A stretch of 64,000 nucleotides of DNA, from NCBI GenBank assembly GCA_965248445.1, contig CBDFJG010000004.1, positions 992,001 through 1,056,000 of the forward strand. The letters are read 5' to 3'. The notes under the pieces were generated by a model. That model had not been told where the DNA came from. It ran no database searches and saw nothing but the letters and a program-made list of their open reading frames with translations. The DNA comes from Planctomycetota bacterium. GTDB taxonomy: Bacteria; Planctomycetota; JAJSAM01; JAJVHW01. The position numbers were made by a program, and so were the translations under genes. Each line of letters begins with the position of its first letter. Position 1 is the stretch's first letter. This document shows, one piece after another, positions 29,339-39,136 of the stretch.

Positions 29339-31081
29339 ATGGCACGCACTGAAACTGTAGACCCGGGCTCAGGACGCTCTGGGGGTTCGTCCGGCTCGCG
29401 ATCGATGCAGCGCCGCGCCGGGTGGATCGGCCCGGTGGCCGCCGCGGTCGTCGTCGCCGCCCTCGGCTGGTGGGCGTACACCGCCGTGCGCGCCGAGTTG
29501 CGGCGTCGTACGGCAGTCGGCTTGCAGGCTCTCGTCGACACCGAGGCCTCGCTGCTCCGCTCATGGTGTGCTGACCGCCAGGCACTCGGCGGGTCCGGCG
29601 ACATCTCCGACATCGCCGAGGCCGTGCCCGCCATGCACCCGGGCGAGGGCGGTGAGTTGCTCGTGTTCGACAAGCGCGGGACACTCATCGTCCCGGGACG
29701 CTTCGACGGCGAGGCGCGTCACCTCGGGCTACCCACCCCCGTCGACTTGCGCGATCCCGGGGGTGATCTGCGCGCCGGATTCCAGCCTTCCGTCGCACGG
29801 ACATCCCTGCCGTTGACGAAGATGGCCGGCCACGCGACCTCGGGCGAGGACGGAGCGGACCTGCTCGGCTACCGCAACTACCTCGGTGCCGAGGTCGTCG
29901 GCGCGTGGCGGTGGGTTCCGGAACTCGACATCGGCATCGGCGCCGAGCTCCCGCTCCGCGAGGCGTTTGCGCCTGCCAACGTGCTGCTGCGCGTGTTCTG
30001 GAGCTTCGTGATCCTGTGCGCCGCCGCGGGCGGCATCGGTGCGCTGGTGGCGCGACGGAACGCGAAGCTGCTGCGGGATGTGCGCGAGGCCGAGAAGAAG
30101 GCGCGCAAGCTCGGTCAGTACACGCTCGCGCAGAAGATCGGCGAGGGCGGCATGGGCGAGGTGTACCTCGCGCGCCACGCCATGCTGAGGCGGCCGACTT
30201 CGATCAAGCTCCTGAGAGCAGACCGGACGAACCCACAGACCATCGCGCGTTTCGAGCGAGAAGTGCAGCAGACGACGCGGTTGACGCACCCGAACACCGT
30301 CCAGATCTACGACTTCGGGCGCACGCCGGGAGGCACGTTCTACTACGCGATGGAGTTCCTCGTTGGCGTGGGACTGGACACGTTCGTCGCCGACATGGGA
30401 CCGCTCGAAGAGGGGCGCGTCATCTACATCCTGCAGCAGGTCTGCGGGTCGCTGAACGAAGCCCATGGACTCGGTCTCGTGCACCGGGACATCAAGCCCG
30501 AGAACATCATCCTCTGCAGTTCGGGCGGCGCGTACGACGTCGTCAAGGTGCTCGACTTCGGGCTGGTGATGGACCGCGGCTCCGAGGAATCGCTGAAGCT
30601 GTCGGCGGCCGGAGCCATCCTCGGCACGCCGGGATACATGTCACCGGAGGCGTTCACGGATCCCGAGAAGGTGGACGCCCGGAGCGACATCTACTCGCTC
30701 GGGTGCGTGGGGTACTTCCTGCTGACCGGGCGCCCGCCGTTCGAGGGCAAGACGATCGTCGAACTGTTCTCGCAGCACACGAAGGTGAAGCCGGTTCCAC
30801 CCTCCGAGCGCACCGACCTGCCGATCGCTCCGGACATCGAGCAGGCCATCATGGCGTGCCTCGCGAAGAGCCCCGCGGCGAGACCGAAAGACGCGAACGC
30901 GCTCTCCCGCGAGCTCGAGTGGTGCCGCGCGCTCGGCGAGTGGAACCGCGACCAGGCGCGCTACTGGTGGAACGAGAACGAAGCGCGGCTGGAAGAACAG
31001 TACGGCCTGTCCTCGATGGCGCGCATGTCCCCCTCTGCGTCGGGCAGCGCCACGATCGAGATCAAGCTCGACGATCGCTGA
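29339..31081 (+). CDS. Membrane Ser/Thr kinase with an extracytoplasmic Cache-like sensor
   Basis: TM-sensor-TM, then IGEGGMGEV, HRDIKPEN, LDFGL, GTPGYMSPE; start codon uncertain. Confidence 0.9.
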   Translation: MARTETVDPGSGRSGGSSGSRSMQRRAGWIGPVAAAVVVAALGWWAYTAVRAELRRRTAVGLQALVDTEASLLRSWCADRQALGGSGDISDIAEAVPAMHPGEGGELLVFDKRGTLIVPGRFDGEARHLGLPTPVDLRDPGGDLRAGFQPSVARTSLPLTKMAGHATSGEDGADLLGYRNYLGAEVVGAWRWVPELDIGIGAELPLREAFAPANVLLRVFWSFVILCAAAGGIGALVARRNAKLLRDVREAEKKARKLGQYTLAQKIGEGGMGEVYLARHAMLRRPTSIKLLRADRTNPQTIARFEREVQQTTRLTHPNTVQIYDFGRTPGGTFYYAMEFLVGVGLDTFVADMGPLEEGRVIYILQQVCGSLNEAHGLGLVHRDIKPENIILCSSGGAYDVVKVLDFGLVMDRGSEESLKLSAAGAILGTPGYMSPEAFTDPEKVDARSDIYSLGCVGYFLLTGRPPFEGKTIVELFSQHTKVKPVPPSERTDLPIAPDIEQAIMACLAKSPAARPKDANALSRELEWCRALGEWNRDQARYWWNENEARLEEQYGLSSMARMSPSASGSATIEIKLDDR

Positions 31082-31178
31082 GCCGCTGCTCGCCGCCACA
31101 CGCGCGAAATCACCGCGTGAAACGGTTACAGTCTCGCTCGGCGGGTGGTCCGAGAGGACCGGGAGGGACACGCTCGAG

Positions 31179-34100
31179 ATGACGCACGAGGGAGCCGGTG
31201 TGGACACGCCCGGCGCGGCCGACGCCGGCGCGGCGCCCCGGCGGTCCATCGTGACGAAGATCGCGGTCCTCGTCGCGCTCCTGCTCATCGGAAGCGGCGT
31301 CGTCCTCCACTCCATCGGGTACGGCTACGGGCGCCGCTTGGTGCGGGATCAGATCCACATGCGGCTCGAGGCGGCCGCCACGGATCGCGTGCACCTGATC
31401 GAGGCGTACGTGGGGTGTCAGCACGAGCGCGTGTCGCTGATCGCCAACCGTACGCGCCTCCGCGTGCTGCTCGAGCAGCACGCGAACGGCGAGATGGCCG
31501 CAGACAAGATGCGGCTCGAAACGTCGCGCATCCTGAGTGACGCGCTGCGCGGAGCGCCGGACTTCGAGGCGATCTGCATCGCCGGAGAGGATGGCGTGGT
31601 GCTGACCGCGACGGACGACCAACTCCTCGGCAGGGACTGCACCGGTCAGGAGGCGTTCCGCGTCGGACTCACACGGCCGCACTTCGGCGAGCCCGAGTCG
31701 CTCGGAGGGAGTTTCCGCTCGTCGGTGACGGCACCGGTGCGCACGAACCAAGGCGAACTCCTGGGCGTTGCACTCGTGCTTCTGAGCACCGGCTCGTTCG
31801 AGGAGATCCTCGCGGACACGCACGGACTCGGCGACACGGGCGAGATCCTCGTAGCACGGCGGGACGGAGAGAACGTGCGGTACTTGCTCGGCGGCAGCCG
31901 GGCTTCGGGTCCGCAGATCGCGTCCTCCCAGGTGCCCGCCATGAACGCGGCGATCGCGGGAGAGCGCGGATTCGTGGTCACGGAGTACGAGCGCCACGAC
32001 GTGCTGGCGTGGCACGAGCCCATGCCGCTCGGCGATCGCGAAGAGTGGGGGCTCGTCGCCAAGATCGACGTCAGCGAGGCGTACGCGCCGCTCAGCAAGC
32101 TGAACTGGATCCTCGTCTTCGGCGGAATCGCACTGCTCGCGTTCAGCCTCGTGGGTTCGTGGCTAGCGGCCCGTCGCTTGACACGCCCGATCGTCCACCT
32201 GACCGCCACGGCGCGGACGATTGCCGGCGGCGATCTGAACGCGCGCGCCGAGGTCGAAACGGACGACGAGGTGGGTGCCCTGGCCGTCGCGTTCAACAGG
32301 ATGGCCGCTCGCGTCGAACAGGATCAGCGAACGCTGGAGCGCCGGGTCGAGGAGCGTACGGCGCAGCGAGACCGTTTCTTCAACATGTCGCTCGACTATC
32401 TCTGCGTCGCGACGCTGGACGGCCGGTTCAAGGCGGTGAATCCGCATTTCGCCGAGGGGATCGGATACACGGTCGATGAGATGCTCGCCACGCCGTTCGT
32501 GGAGTTCATCCACACCGATGATCGCGAGAACACCGCGGAGGCGATGGGTGCGCTCGGACGAGGCGACGACGTCGTCAACTTCGAGAACCGCTATGTCTGC
32601 AAGGACGGTTCGTACCGCTGGTTGTCGTGGGTCTGTCCGGCTCCGGAAGAGGGTTCGGACCTGCTCTACGCGATCGCCCGCGACGTCACCGAGCGTCGGA
32701 AGTTCGAGAGCGAACTGCGATCGGCGAAGGAGGAGGCCGAAGCCGCCAGCACGGCGAAGAGCGATTTCCTCGCGAACATGAGTCATGAGATTCGCACGCC
32801 GATGAACGGAATCATCGGCATGTCGGACCTGCTCGGCAGCACCCCGCTCACGACGGAGCAGGACGAATACCTGGGCATCGTGAAGAGCTCGGCGACGTCG
32901 CTCCTGCATCTGCTGAACGACATCCTCGACTTCTCGAAGATCGAGGCCGGGCGGCTCGATCTCGAGTCGATCGAGTTCGACCTGCGCGACACCGTGGGGC
33001 GCACCGTCCGGACGCTGTCGCAGCGCGCTTCCGAGAAGGACCTGGAACTGAACTGCCGCATCGCCCCCGATGCGCCGAGAGCGCTGATCGGCGATCCCGG
33101 CCGCCTGCGTCAGATTCTCGTGAATCTGGTGGGCAACGCGATCAAGTTCACCTCACGGGGCGAGGTTCTGGTGGACGTCGTCGAATTGACGCGCACGGGT
33201 GAAGACGTCGTGCTCGAGTTCACGGTCTCCGACACGGGAATCGGCGTTCCCGTCGACAAGCAATCACTGATCTTCGGCGCATTCACCCAATCGGACGCGT
33301 CCACGACCCGCCGCTTCGGGGGCACGGGGCTTGGGCTCGCAATCTCGTCGCAACTCGTCTCGATGATGGGTGGGACCCTCGGACTGGACAGCGAAGAGGG
33401 CGTCGGCTCGACCTTTCGGTTCACGGCACAACTTCGTCTCGGCGATTCGCGAGCGTCCGCGACCCTGGAGGGATCCGTGGAGGGCTTGCGCGTGCTCGTC
33501 GTCGACGACAACGACACGAACCGGCGCATCCTCGCGGAGATCCTTACGAACTGGCGTCTCCTGCCGACCGTCGTCGGTGACGCTCCCTCGGCCCTGGCCG
33601 AGATGTCGCGCGCCGCGCGCGCGAAGGAGCCGTATCCACTCGTCCTGCTGGACTGCATGATGCCGGAGATGGACGGATTCGATCTCGCGGGCCGCATCCG
33701 AGACGACCCAGCGATCTCGGATACGGTGATGATCATGCTTTCGTCGGCCGCTCGTGCCGCGGACTCCGAGCGCTGTCGCGAGATGGGGATCGCGCGCTAC
33801 ATGACGAAGCCCGTGCTGCCGTCCGAGTTGTTCGAGACGATCCAGGCGACCTTCGCGCCGCGCAGCGAACCGTACGAAGCCGTCGCCGCAGCGGCACCCA
33901 CACCTGCCGCCCAGCCGTCGGGAGACGGCCTGCGGGTGCTCCTCGCCGAGGACAGCGCGATCAACCAGCGCGTGATGCAGGGGTTCATGGGCCGGTTCGG
34001 GCACGCAATGGACATTGCCGAGAACGGACTCGCCGCGGTCGAGATGTTCGAGGCATCGCACTACGACGTCGTGCTGATGGACGTGCAGATGCCACTGATG

Positions 34101-34592
34101 GACGGATACGCGGCGACCGCGCGCATTCGCCAAATCGAGGTGGCTCGTGGAACGCGGACGCCGATCGTCGCGGTGACGGCCGCCGCGATGCGCGGTGATC
34201 GCGAGAAGTGCACCGCGGCGGGGATGGACGACTACGTCGTGAAGCCGATCGATCCCTTCGCGCTCAACGAGACACTTCTGAGGGTCACAGGGCGCGAACC
34301 CGATGCGGCCGAGAAGCCCGACGCGCCGGCCGCTCCCGGCACGGGCGACGACGTTCTCGACTTCGAGGCGGCTCTCGGGCGCGCGTCCGGGAATCTCCCT
34401 GGATTGCGCGAGATGGCCGGTCTGTTCGGCGAGGAGAGCGCCGGAGTTCTCGACGAGATTCGCGCCGCCGTGGTGGCCGACGACGCGGATGCCGTTCGTC
34501 GCGGCGCCCACACGCTGAAGGGCTCCGTGGCGCCTCCTCAGCGGCGATCCGCGCCTCCGCGATCTTCTCGAGGGCCTCGGCGTCCCGCATGA
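31179..34592 (+). CDS. Hybrid sensor histidine kinase (Cache-HAMP-PAS-HisKA-HATPase-REC-REC-truncated Hpt)
   Basis: FLANMSHEIRTPMN, NLVGNAIKF, DTGIG, GGTGLGL; two receivers (LLDCMMP, LMDVQMP); Hpt motif AHTLKGS followed by a short non-Hpt tail. Confidence 0.92.
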   Translation: MTHEGAGVDTPGAADAGAAPRRSIVTKIAVLVALLLIGSGVVLHSIGYGYGRRLVRDQIHMRLEAAATDRVHLIEAYVGCQHERVSLIANRTRLRVLLEQHANGEMAADKMRLETSRILSDALRGAPDFEAICIAGEDGVVLTATDDQLLGRDCTGQEAFRVGLTRPHFGEPESLGGSFRSSVTAPVRTNQGELLGVALVLLSTGSFEEILADTHGLGDTGEILVARRDGENVRYLLGGSRASGPQIASSQVPAMNAAIAGERGFVVTEYERHDVLAWHEPMPLGDREEWGLVAKIDVSEAYAPLSKLNWILVFGGIALLAFSLVGSWLAARRLTRPIVHLTATARTIAGGDLNARAEVETDDEVGALAVAFNRMAARVEQDQRTLERRVEERTAQRDRFFNMSLDYLCVATLDGRFKAVNPHFAEGIGYTVDEMLATPFVEFIHTDDRENTAEAMGALGRGDDVVNFENRYVCKDGSYRWLSWVCPAPEEGSDLLYAIARDVTERRKFESELRSAKEEAEAASTAKSDFLANMSHEIRTPMNGIIGMSDLLGSTPLTTEQDEYLGIVKSSATSLLHLLNDILDFSKIEAGRLDLESIEFDLRDTVGRTVRTLSQRASEKDLELNCRIAPDAPRALIGDPGRLRQILVNLVGNAIKFTSRGEVLVDVVELTRTGEDVVLEFTVSDTGIGVPVDKQSLIFGAFTQSDASTTRRFGGTGLGLAISSQLVSMMGGTLGLDSEEGVGSTFRFTAQLRLGDSRASATLEGSVEGLRVLVVDDNDTNRRILAEILTNWRLLPTVVGDAPSALAEMSRAARAKEPYPLVLLDCMMPEMDGFDLAGRIRDDPAISDTVMIMLSSAARAADSERCREMGIARYMTKPVLPSELFETIQATFAPRSEPYEAVAAAAPTPAAQPSGDGLRVLLAEDSAINQRVMQGFMGRFGHAMDIAENGLAAVEMFEASHYDVVLMDVQMPLMDGYAATARIRQIEVARGTRTPIVAVTAAAMRGDREKCTAAGMDDYVVKPIDPFALNETLLRVTGREPDAAEKPDAPAAPGTGDDVLDFEAALGRASGNLPGLREMAGLFGEESAGVLDEIRAAVVADDADAVRRGAHTLKGSVAPPQRRSAPPRSSRGPRRPA

Positions 34593-35781
34593 GCACGCGC
34601 TCGAGCTGACCCATCGCGAGCGGCGGCAGCTCGTGGTCCGACTCCCGCTCGACCGTCTCGGCGAGCAGCGTGCGCGCGTCGTCGTAGCGTCCGGCTTCGA
34701 ACAGCAGCGTGCCGAGCTCGACGTCGACGAACATCGTCTCGGGCCACTGCTCGCGTGCGGCGCGCAGAAGTGTCTCCGACTCCTTGGCGGCGCCGCGAAG
34801 ACCGGCAGCCGCTGCCAGTCCGATGAACGGAGCGACGTGTGGCGGCGACGCCTCTGCGGCCGCCGTGAACGACTCCTCGGCCGCGGCCGCGTCGCCCACT
34901 GCAAGCTGGAAGGCACCGAGCAGGCAGAGAGCACGCGCGTGTCCGGGGTCCCGCTTGAAGCACTTCTTCAGCTCCACCTCGACTGCTCGCCCTTCCAGAA
35001 CGCGTGCGAGGAGGTATACGTCGTCGGCGCCCGCGCCATCCTGTTGCGCCCGCGTGCGATACGTGCGGCGCACCTGCGTCTCGTCGCCTGCCGCGAGCGC
35101 CGCGTCCTGGTACAACTCGTGGGCGTCGAGGTTCCCGGGCTGCTCCTCCACGAGCACGGCGGCTGCATCGAGGGCTGCCTTGACCTGCCCGTCCTCGAGT
35201 AGCGCCGCGATGTCGTCGAGGGGCGACGACGCGTTCGACCTGCGCGTTGCGCCGAAGCGACGCAGAGCGATCGTTCGGACGCGTGTAAGCTCGTCGTGGA
35301 ACACATCGTCCGCTTCGCGGTGCATCAGCTCCCAGAGCACGAAGCCCTGGTGATCGACCCACTCGTCGTTGTCCTCGAGCGGGTCGCGTCCCGTGGCCTC
35401 GGAACCCCCGACGCCTCCGCCGGTGGGGGGCGCGCCGGCCGCCCCTCCGGCGGACGCACCGGACCCGCTGCCGTCGGAGCCGCCGGCGTCAACTCCGGCG
35501 CCTGCGCCGCCGGAACTTCCCCCGCTGGTGCTGCCGCCGGTACTGCCGCCGCCGCCGCCGCCCTGGCTTCCGCCGCCACCGCCCTGAGAGCCACCCCCGC
35601 CTTGCGTGCCGCCGCCGCCCTGCGCGCCGCCGCCGCCGCCACCGCGCCCACCACCGCCGCCGCCGCCGCCGCCCCCGGCGCCTCCACCACCACCGCGGGC
35701 GAGCGCGTGAGGAGCCAGTTCGAGGCTGAATCCAGTGGCGAGGAGCAGGGTCACGAAGACGAACAGAGAGCGGTGGCGCAT
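34285..35781 (-). CDS. Exported Gly-rich/TPR protein, apparently 3'-truncated near 34530
   Basis: Signal peptide, long poly-Gly tract, TPR repeats (ELGTLLFEAGRYDDARTLL). The final ~80 codons are antisense to the histidine kinase. Confidence 0.7.
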   Translation of the reverse strand: MRHRSLFVFVTLLLATGFSLELAPHALARGGGGGAGGGGGGGGGGRGGGGGGAQGGGGTQGGGGSQGGGGGSQGGGGGGSTGGSTSGGSSGGAGAGVDAGGSDGSGSGASAGGAAGAPPTGGGVGGSEATGRDPLEDNDEWVDHQGFVLWELMHREADDVFHDELTRVRTIALRRFGATRRSNASSPLDDIAALLEDGQVKAALDAAAVLVEEQPGNLDAHELYQDAALAAGDETQVRRTYRTRAQQDGAGADDVYLLARVLEGRAVEVELKKCFKRDPGHARALCLLGAFQLAVGDAAAAEESFTAAAEASPPHVAPFIGLAAAAGLRGAAKESETLLRAAREQWPETMFVDVELGTLLFEAGRYDDARTLLAETVERESDHELPPLAMGQLERVLMRDAEALEKIAEARIAAEEAPRSPSACGRRDERHPRRRPPRRRESRRELRRSPRRTDRPSRAIQGDSRTRAREPPRSRERRRPCRERPARRASRPHRVRAL

Positions 35782-35930
35782 GGGGATCTCCTGTGAAGCG
35801 GGCGTTTGAACCCGGCGACGTCCCCTCGAACCGCGCTTCGGGTCGGAGACGTGTCCGTCTCCGAATTGAAGGAACCCGGCAGGTGGCGGCGGGTTTCGGA
35901 GGTCCCCCCGCGGGGCGGTAATCTCCCCGC

Positions 35931-36377
35931 ATGGCAGACGTCAACATCGAGCAACTCTCGGCCCGCTCCGTGGTGGGGAAGCGGACCAACACCACCATGG
36001 CAACGATCGGGGACGACATCGGCCGCCTGGCCGGGGAGTCGGCCGGCGCACTCGGTCCGGCGATTCGCGGCCCCTGCGTGACGCGCTACGTGACCTGGGA
36101 AGAGACCAGCGGCGAGATCCTCGTCGGCTTCCCCGTCGATTCCGGGTCCGCAGCGCCGCCGGAGTGTGAATTGGACGAACTCCCCGCCGGGCGCGCGGCA
36201 GTGCTCGTCCACGCCGGGCCGTACCAGAACCTGGCCGGCTCCTGGGCCGCCATCAAGGAGCACATGGAGTCGAACGGACTCACCGGCACCGATGCGCCGT
36301 GGGAGGAGTACCTCGACGACTGCAGCGTCACGCCGCCGGAGGATCTCCGCACACGCATCGTCTGGCCGATCGCGTAG
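35931..36377 (+). CDS. GyrI-like small-molecule-binding protein
   Basis: ELPAGRAAVLVHAGPYQNL, PWEEYLDD, LRTRIVWPI. Confidence 0.88.
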   Translation: MADVNIEQLSARSVVGKRTNTTMATIGDDIGRLAGESAGALGPAIRGPCVTRYVTWEETSGEILVGFPVDSGSAAPPECELDELPAGRAAVLVHAGPYQNLAGSWAAIKEHMESNGLTGTDAPWEEYLDDCSVTPPEDLRTRIVWPIA

Positions 36378-36387
36378 CAGTAGTACT

Positions 36388-36482
36388 GGCTCGTCAGCGT
36401 TCTCGGCTCGTCAGTGTTCCGGCTCGTCAGCTGACGCTGACGATGCAGGGACGCTGACGATGCACTTGACTTGGCCCGTCAG
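36388..36482. repeat. Intergenic cluster of short direct and inverted repeats
   Basis: GGCTCGTCAG at 36388, 36405 and 36421 (variant at 36473); GACGCTGACGATGCA at 36433 and 36450. Confidence 0.75.
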
Positions 36483-36507
36483 CCGGCTGGGCGGCGCGCG
36501 CGACGGC

Positions 36508-37140
36508 TCAGCGGACGCGGCGGGCGGGGACGCCGACGTAGAGGCCGGCTTCGGTCAGATCCTCGGTGACCACTGCGCCGCCACCGGTCTGCACGCCGTC
36601 GGCGAGTGCACGGTTGTCGATCACCGTCGTGCGAATGCCGAGGAAGCAGCTTTCGCCGATCGTCACGAACCCGGCGAGTGCCACGGCCGGTCCGAGGAAC
36701 GAGTGAGCGCCGATCTTCGTGTCGTGCGCGATGACGCAGCCCGTGTTCAGCAGCACGTTCAGCCCCACGGTCGAACCCGCGTCGATGACGCAGCCGGGGA
36801 ACAGAACCGCGCCGGGTGCGATCGTCGCGGACGGGTCCACGTAGCAGGACTCGTGCACGAGAGATGCCGACTCGAACCGGGCCGACAGATGCTCGAAGCA
36901 ACGGCGCCGGAACTCCGGGTGCTTGTACCCGACGGCCACGATCACGGCGTCGATCCGCGCCTTCCACGCGTCGTCGTCGAGGGCGCTGACGGGACCGAGG
37001 ACCCGCCCGCCCGGGGTCTCGCTGAGCGGCTCGCGCGTGTCGTCGAAGAACCCGGCGACTTCGTACTCGCCCGATCGCGGCGCGTGCCGGGCGAGAGTCT
37101 GGCCGAGATCCCCGGCGCCGATGATCCCGAGCCGCTTCAC
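36508..37140 (-). CDS. NeuD/PglD-family sugar acetyltransferase (left-handed beta-helix)
   Basis: GTG at 37140 overlaps the GT2 stop (GTGA); LGIIGAGDLG, GFFDD, hexapeptide repeats, YVGVPAR. Confidence 0.9.
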   Translation of the reverse strand: MKRLGIIGAGDLGQTLARHAPRSGEYEVAGFFDDTREPLSETPGGRVLGPVSALDDDAWKARIDAVIVAVGYKHPEFRRRCFEHLSARFESASLVHESCYVDPSATIAPGAVLFPGCVIDAGSTVGLNVLLNTGCVIAHDTKIGAHSFLGPAVALAGFVTIGESCFLGIRTTVIDNRALADGVQTGGGAVVTEDLTEAGLYVGVPARRVR

Positions 37141-38123
37141 GAGCGAGGCTCCGGCACGTTGTGCAGCGCCCGCACGGCGTAGAGCGGCCTGCGCTTCACT
37201 TCGCGGTACGTGTTCCCGACGTACTTCCCGATCACGCCGAGGAAGAACAGGTTCACCCCGAATCCGACGGTCAGGATCGAGAACAGCGACGGCCAGCCGA
37301 CCTCGAACTCCATTACGAAGGTCCGCGCGACCACCACGCCGATCACGGCGACGATGCCGATGAGTGTCAGCACGAGCCCCGCGCGGGTGGCGAGACGCAG
37401 CGGGATGTCCGAGAAGTCGCAGATCGCGTCGAAGGCGAGCGCCATCTTGCGGCGTAGGTTGAACTTGGTCTTCCCCGCGAAGCGGTCGCGGTGCGGGACG
37501 TCGATCTGCGTCCGTCGCATCCCGACGTGCATGAAGAGGCCCTCGAGGAACCGGTTGGACTCGGGGTAACTCAGATATTGATCTGCGAAGCCGCGGTTGA
37601 ACGACCGCATCGTCGCGAGCCCGACAGGCAGATCCAGCCGCGTGAGCCGCCTCAGAACGAACCAGAAGATCTTGGAGAAGATCACGTTCAGGATCGTGTC
37701 GCGCTTCTCCTCCCGCACGCCGAAGACGAGGTCGAACCCCTTGTCCAACTCGTCCACGAAGCGTGGGATGTACTCGATGGGATCCTGCAGGTCCGGATCC
37801 ATGCACACGATGTGCGTCCCCGACGCGTGCCGGATGCCGGCAGTCAGCGCGAACGCCTTCCCGTGGTTGTATGCCAGTTCCACCAGGCGCAGCCGCGGCT
37901 GCTTCCCGATCGCGGCGACGATCATCTCGACCGTGCGATCGGTGCTGCCGTCGTCGACGAACACGATCTCCCAGTCGTACGCCGCCTTGTCGAGTTCCGC
38001 CGACGCCTGCGTGATGAACTCGTCGATGCACTCCTGCTCGTAGTACACGGCGACCACGACGCTGACGCGCCGGGGCCCGCGACTGACTGCGGGGGGGCTG
38101 CTGAGGGGTGCGCTGTCGGTCAT
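37137..38123 (-). CDS. GT2 polyprenol-phosphate glycosyltransferase (ArnC/GtrB-like)
   Basis: FVDDGSTD, NHGK, MDPDLQDP, two C-terminal TM helices; start uncertain. Confidence 0.9.
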   Translation of the reverse strand: MTDSAPLSSPPAVSRGPRRVSVVVAVYYEQECIDEFITQASAELDKAAYDWEIVFVDDGSTDRTVEMIVAAIGKQPRLRLVELAYNHGKAFALTAGIRHASGTHIVCMDPDLQDPIEYIPRFVDELDKGFDLVFGVREEKRDTILNVIFSKIFWFVLRRLTRLDLPVGLATMRSFNRGFADQYLSYPESNRFLEGLFMHVGMRRTQIDVPHRDRFAGKTKFNLRRKMALAFDAICDFSDIPLRLATRAGLVLTLIGIVAVIGVVVARTFVMEFEVGWPSLFSILTVGFGVNLFFLGVIGKYVGNTYREVKRRPLYAVRALHNVPEPRS

Positions 38124-38287
38124 GCGAGGGCCGCGCCGGAAGGCTCCGACCGGGCCGCCCAAGCATACGTCGGGAGCCTCGCGACCGCTCCGACCGCCCG
38201 GGCGTTTCCTTGTGCCCGTGTGAGCGGCCCATCGAGACTCCTGCTCGGGCGGTGGCATAGGCGGCGCCGCACACGAGGGAGTACCCG

Positions 38288-39136
38288 GTGACGCACGTCG
38301 TGGTCGGCGCGAATGGCTTTCTGGGCAGCGCACTGGCGCGCCGGCTGGCAGCGGCCGGCGGGCAGGTCGTGGCCGTCGTGCGGCGCGGTCGCGACCGCGT
38401 GCCGAAGGGGGTAGAGCACATCGTCTCCTCGGACGACCTCGGCGCGGTGGCGGCCTCGTGCACCGGAGACGTCACCGTCTTCGTGGCGGCGGCCTACATC
38501 CCGGCGCCAGGCGGCGAGCCGGATGACGCTCGCCTGCGGACCTCGAACGTCGTCCTGCCGCACCGCGTGGCGGAGGCGTTTCCCGAAGCGCGCATCGTGC
38601 TCGCATCCAGCGTCGCCGTCTACGGTGCGGGCGGGCGGACGATCCGCGAGGACTCGGAGGTTCGCGACGCCGGCGCGTACGGCCGGTCGAAACTCGCCGG
38701 CGAGGTCTCCGTGGCACTCCACCGGGACGCAATCGTGCTCCGGTACGGCTCGCTTTACGGCACCGGCATGCGGCATGAGACGTTCCTCCCAGCGATCGTT
38801 CGGCGCGCCGTGGAGGAACGGCGCATCGTCTTGTTCGGAGACGGCGCGAGGGAGCAGGACTACCTGCACGTCGATGACGCGGTCGCGCTTGCCGTGTCCG
38901 CGGCGGAATCGGGGCGCCGAGGCGTCTACCTCGGCGTCTCCGGGCGATCCTCCTCGAACCGCGAGGTCGCGGAGATCGTGGCCTCCAAGTTGGCAGACTG
39001 CCGCGTCGAGTTCGCGGGAACGGACGTATCGGAGTCGTACCGTTACGATCCAACGCGCACACGCGATGAGATTTCGTTCACGCCCTCGATCAGCCTCGAG
39101 ACCGGCCTCGCCGAGATGGTGAACCGTGCCGCATAG
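38288..39136 (+). CDS. NAD-dependent epimerase/dehydratase (extended SDR)
   Basis: GANGFLG, SSVAVYG, YGRSK, QDYLHVDD. Confidence 0.9.
   Translation: MTHVVVGANGFLGSALARRLAAAGGQVVAVVRRGRDRVPKGVEHIVSSDDLGAVAASCTGDVTVFVAAAYIPAPGGEPDDARLRTSNVVLPHRVAEAFPEARIVLASSVAVYGAGGRTIREDSEVRDAGAYGRSKLAGEVSVALHRDAIVLRYGSLYGTGMRHETFLPAIVRRAVEERRIVLFGDGAREQDYLHVDDAVALAVSAAESGRRGVYLGVSGRSSSNREVAEIVASKLADCRVEFAGTDVSESYRYDPTRTRDEISFTPSISLETGLAEMVNRAA

Noticed and set aside
36388..36482. Possible mini-CRISPR array
   Set aside because: Repeats are only 10-15 nt with spacers under 10 nt, and no cas genes are present.
37141..38475. N-terminal extension on the acetyltransferase
   Set aside because: Off-frame overlap with the GT2 gene; the real start is likely GTG 37140.
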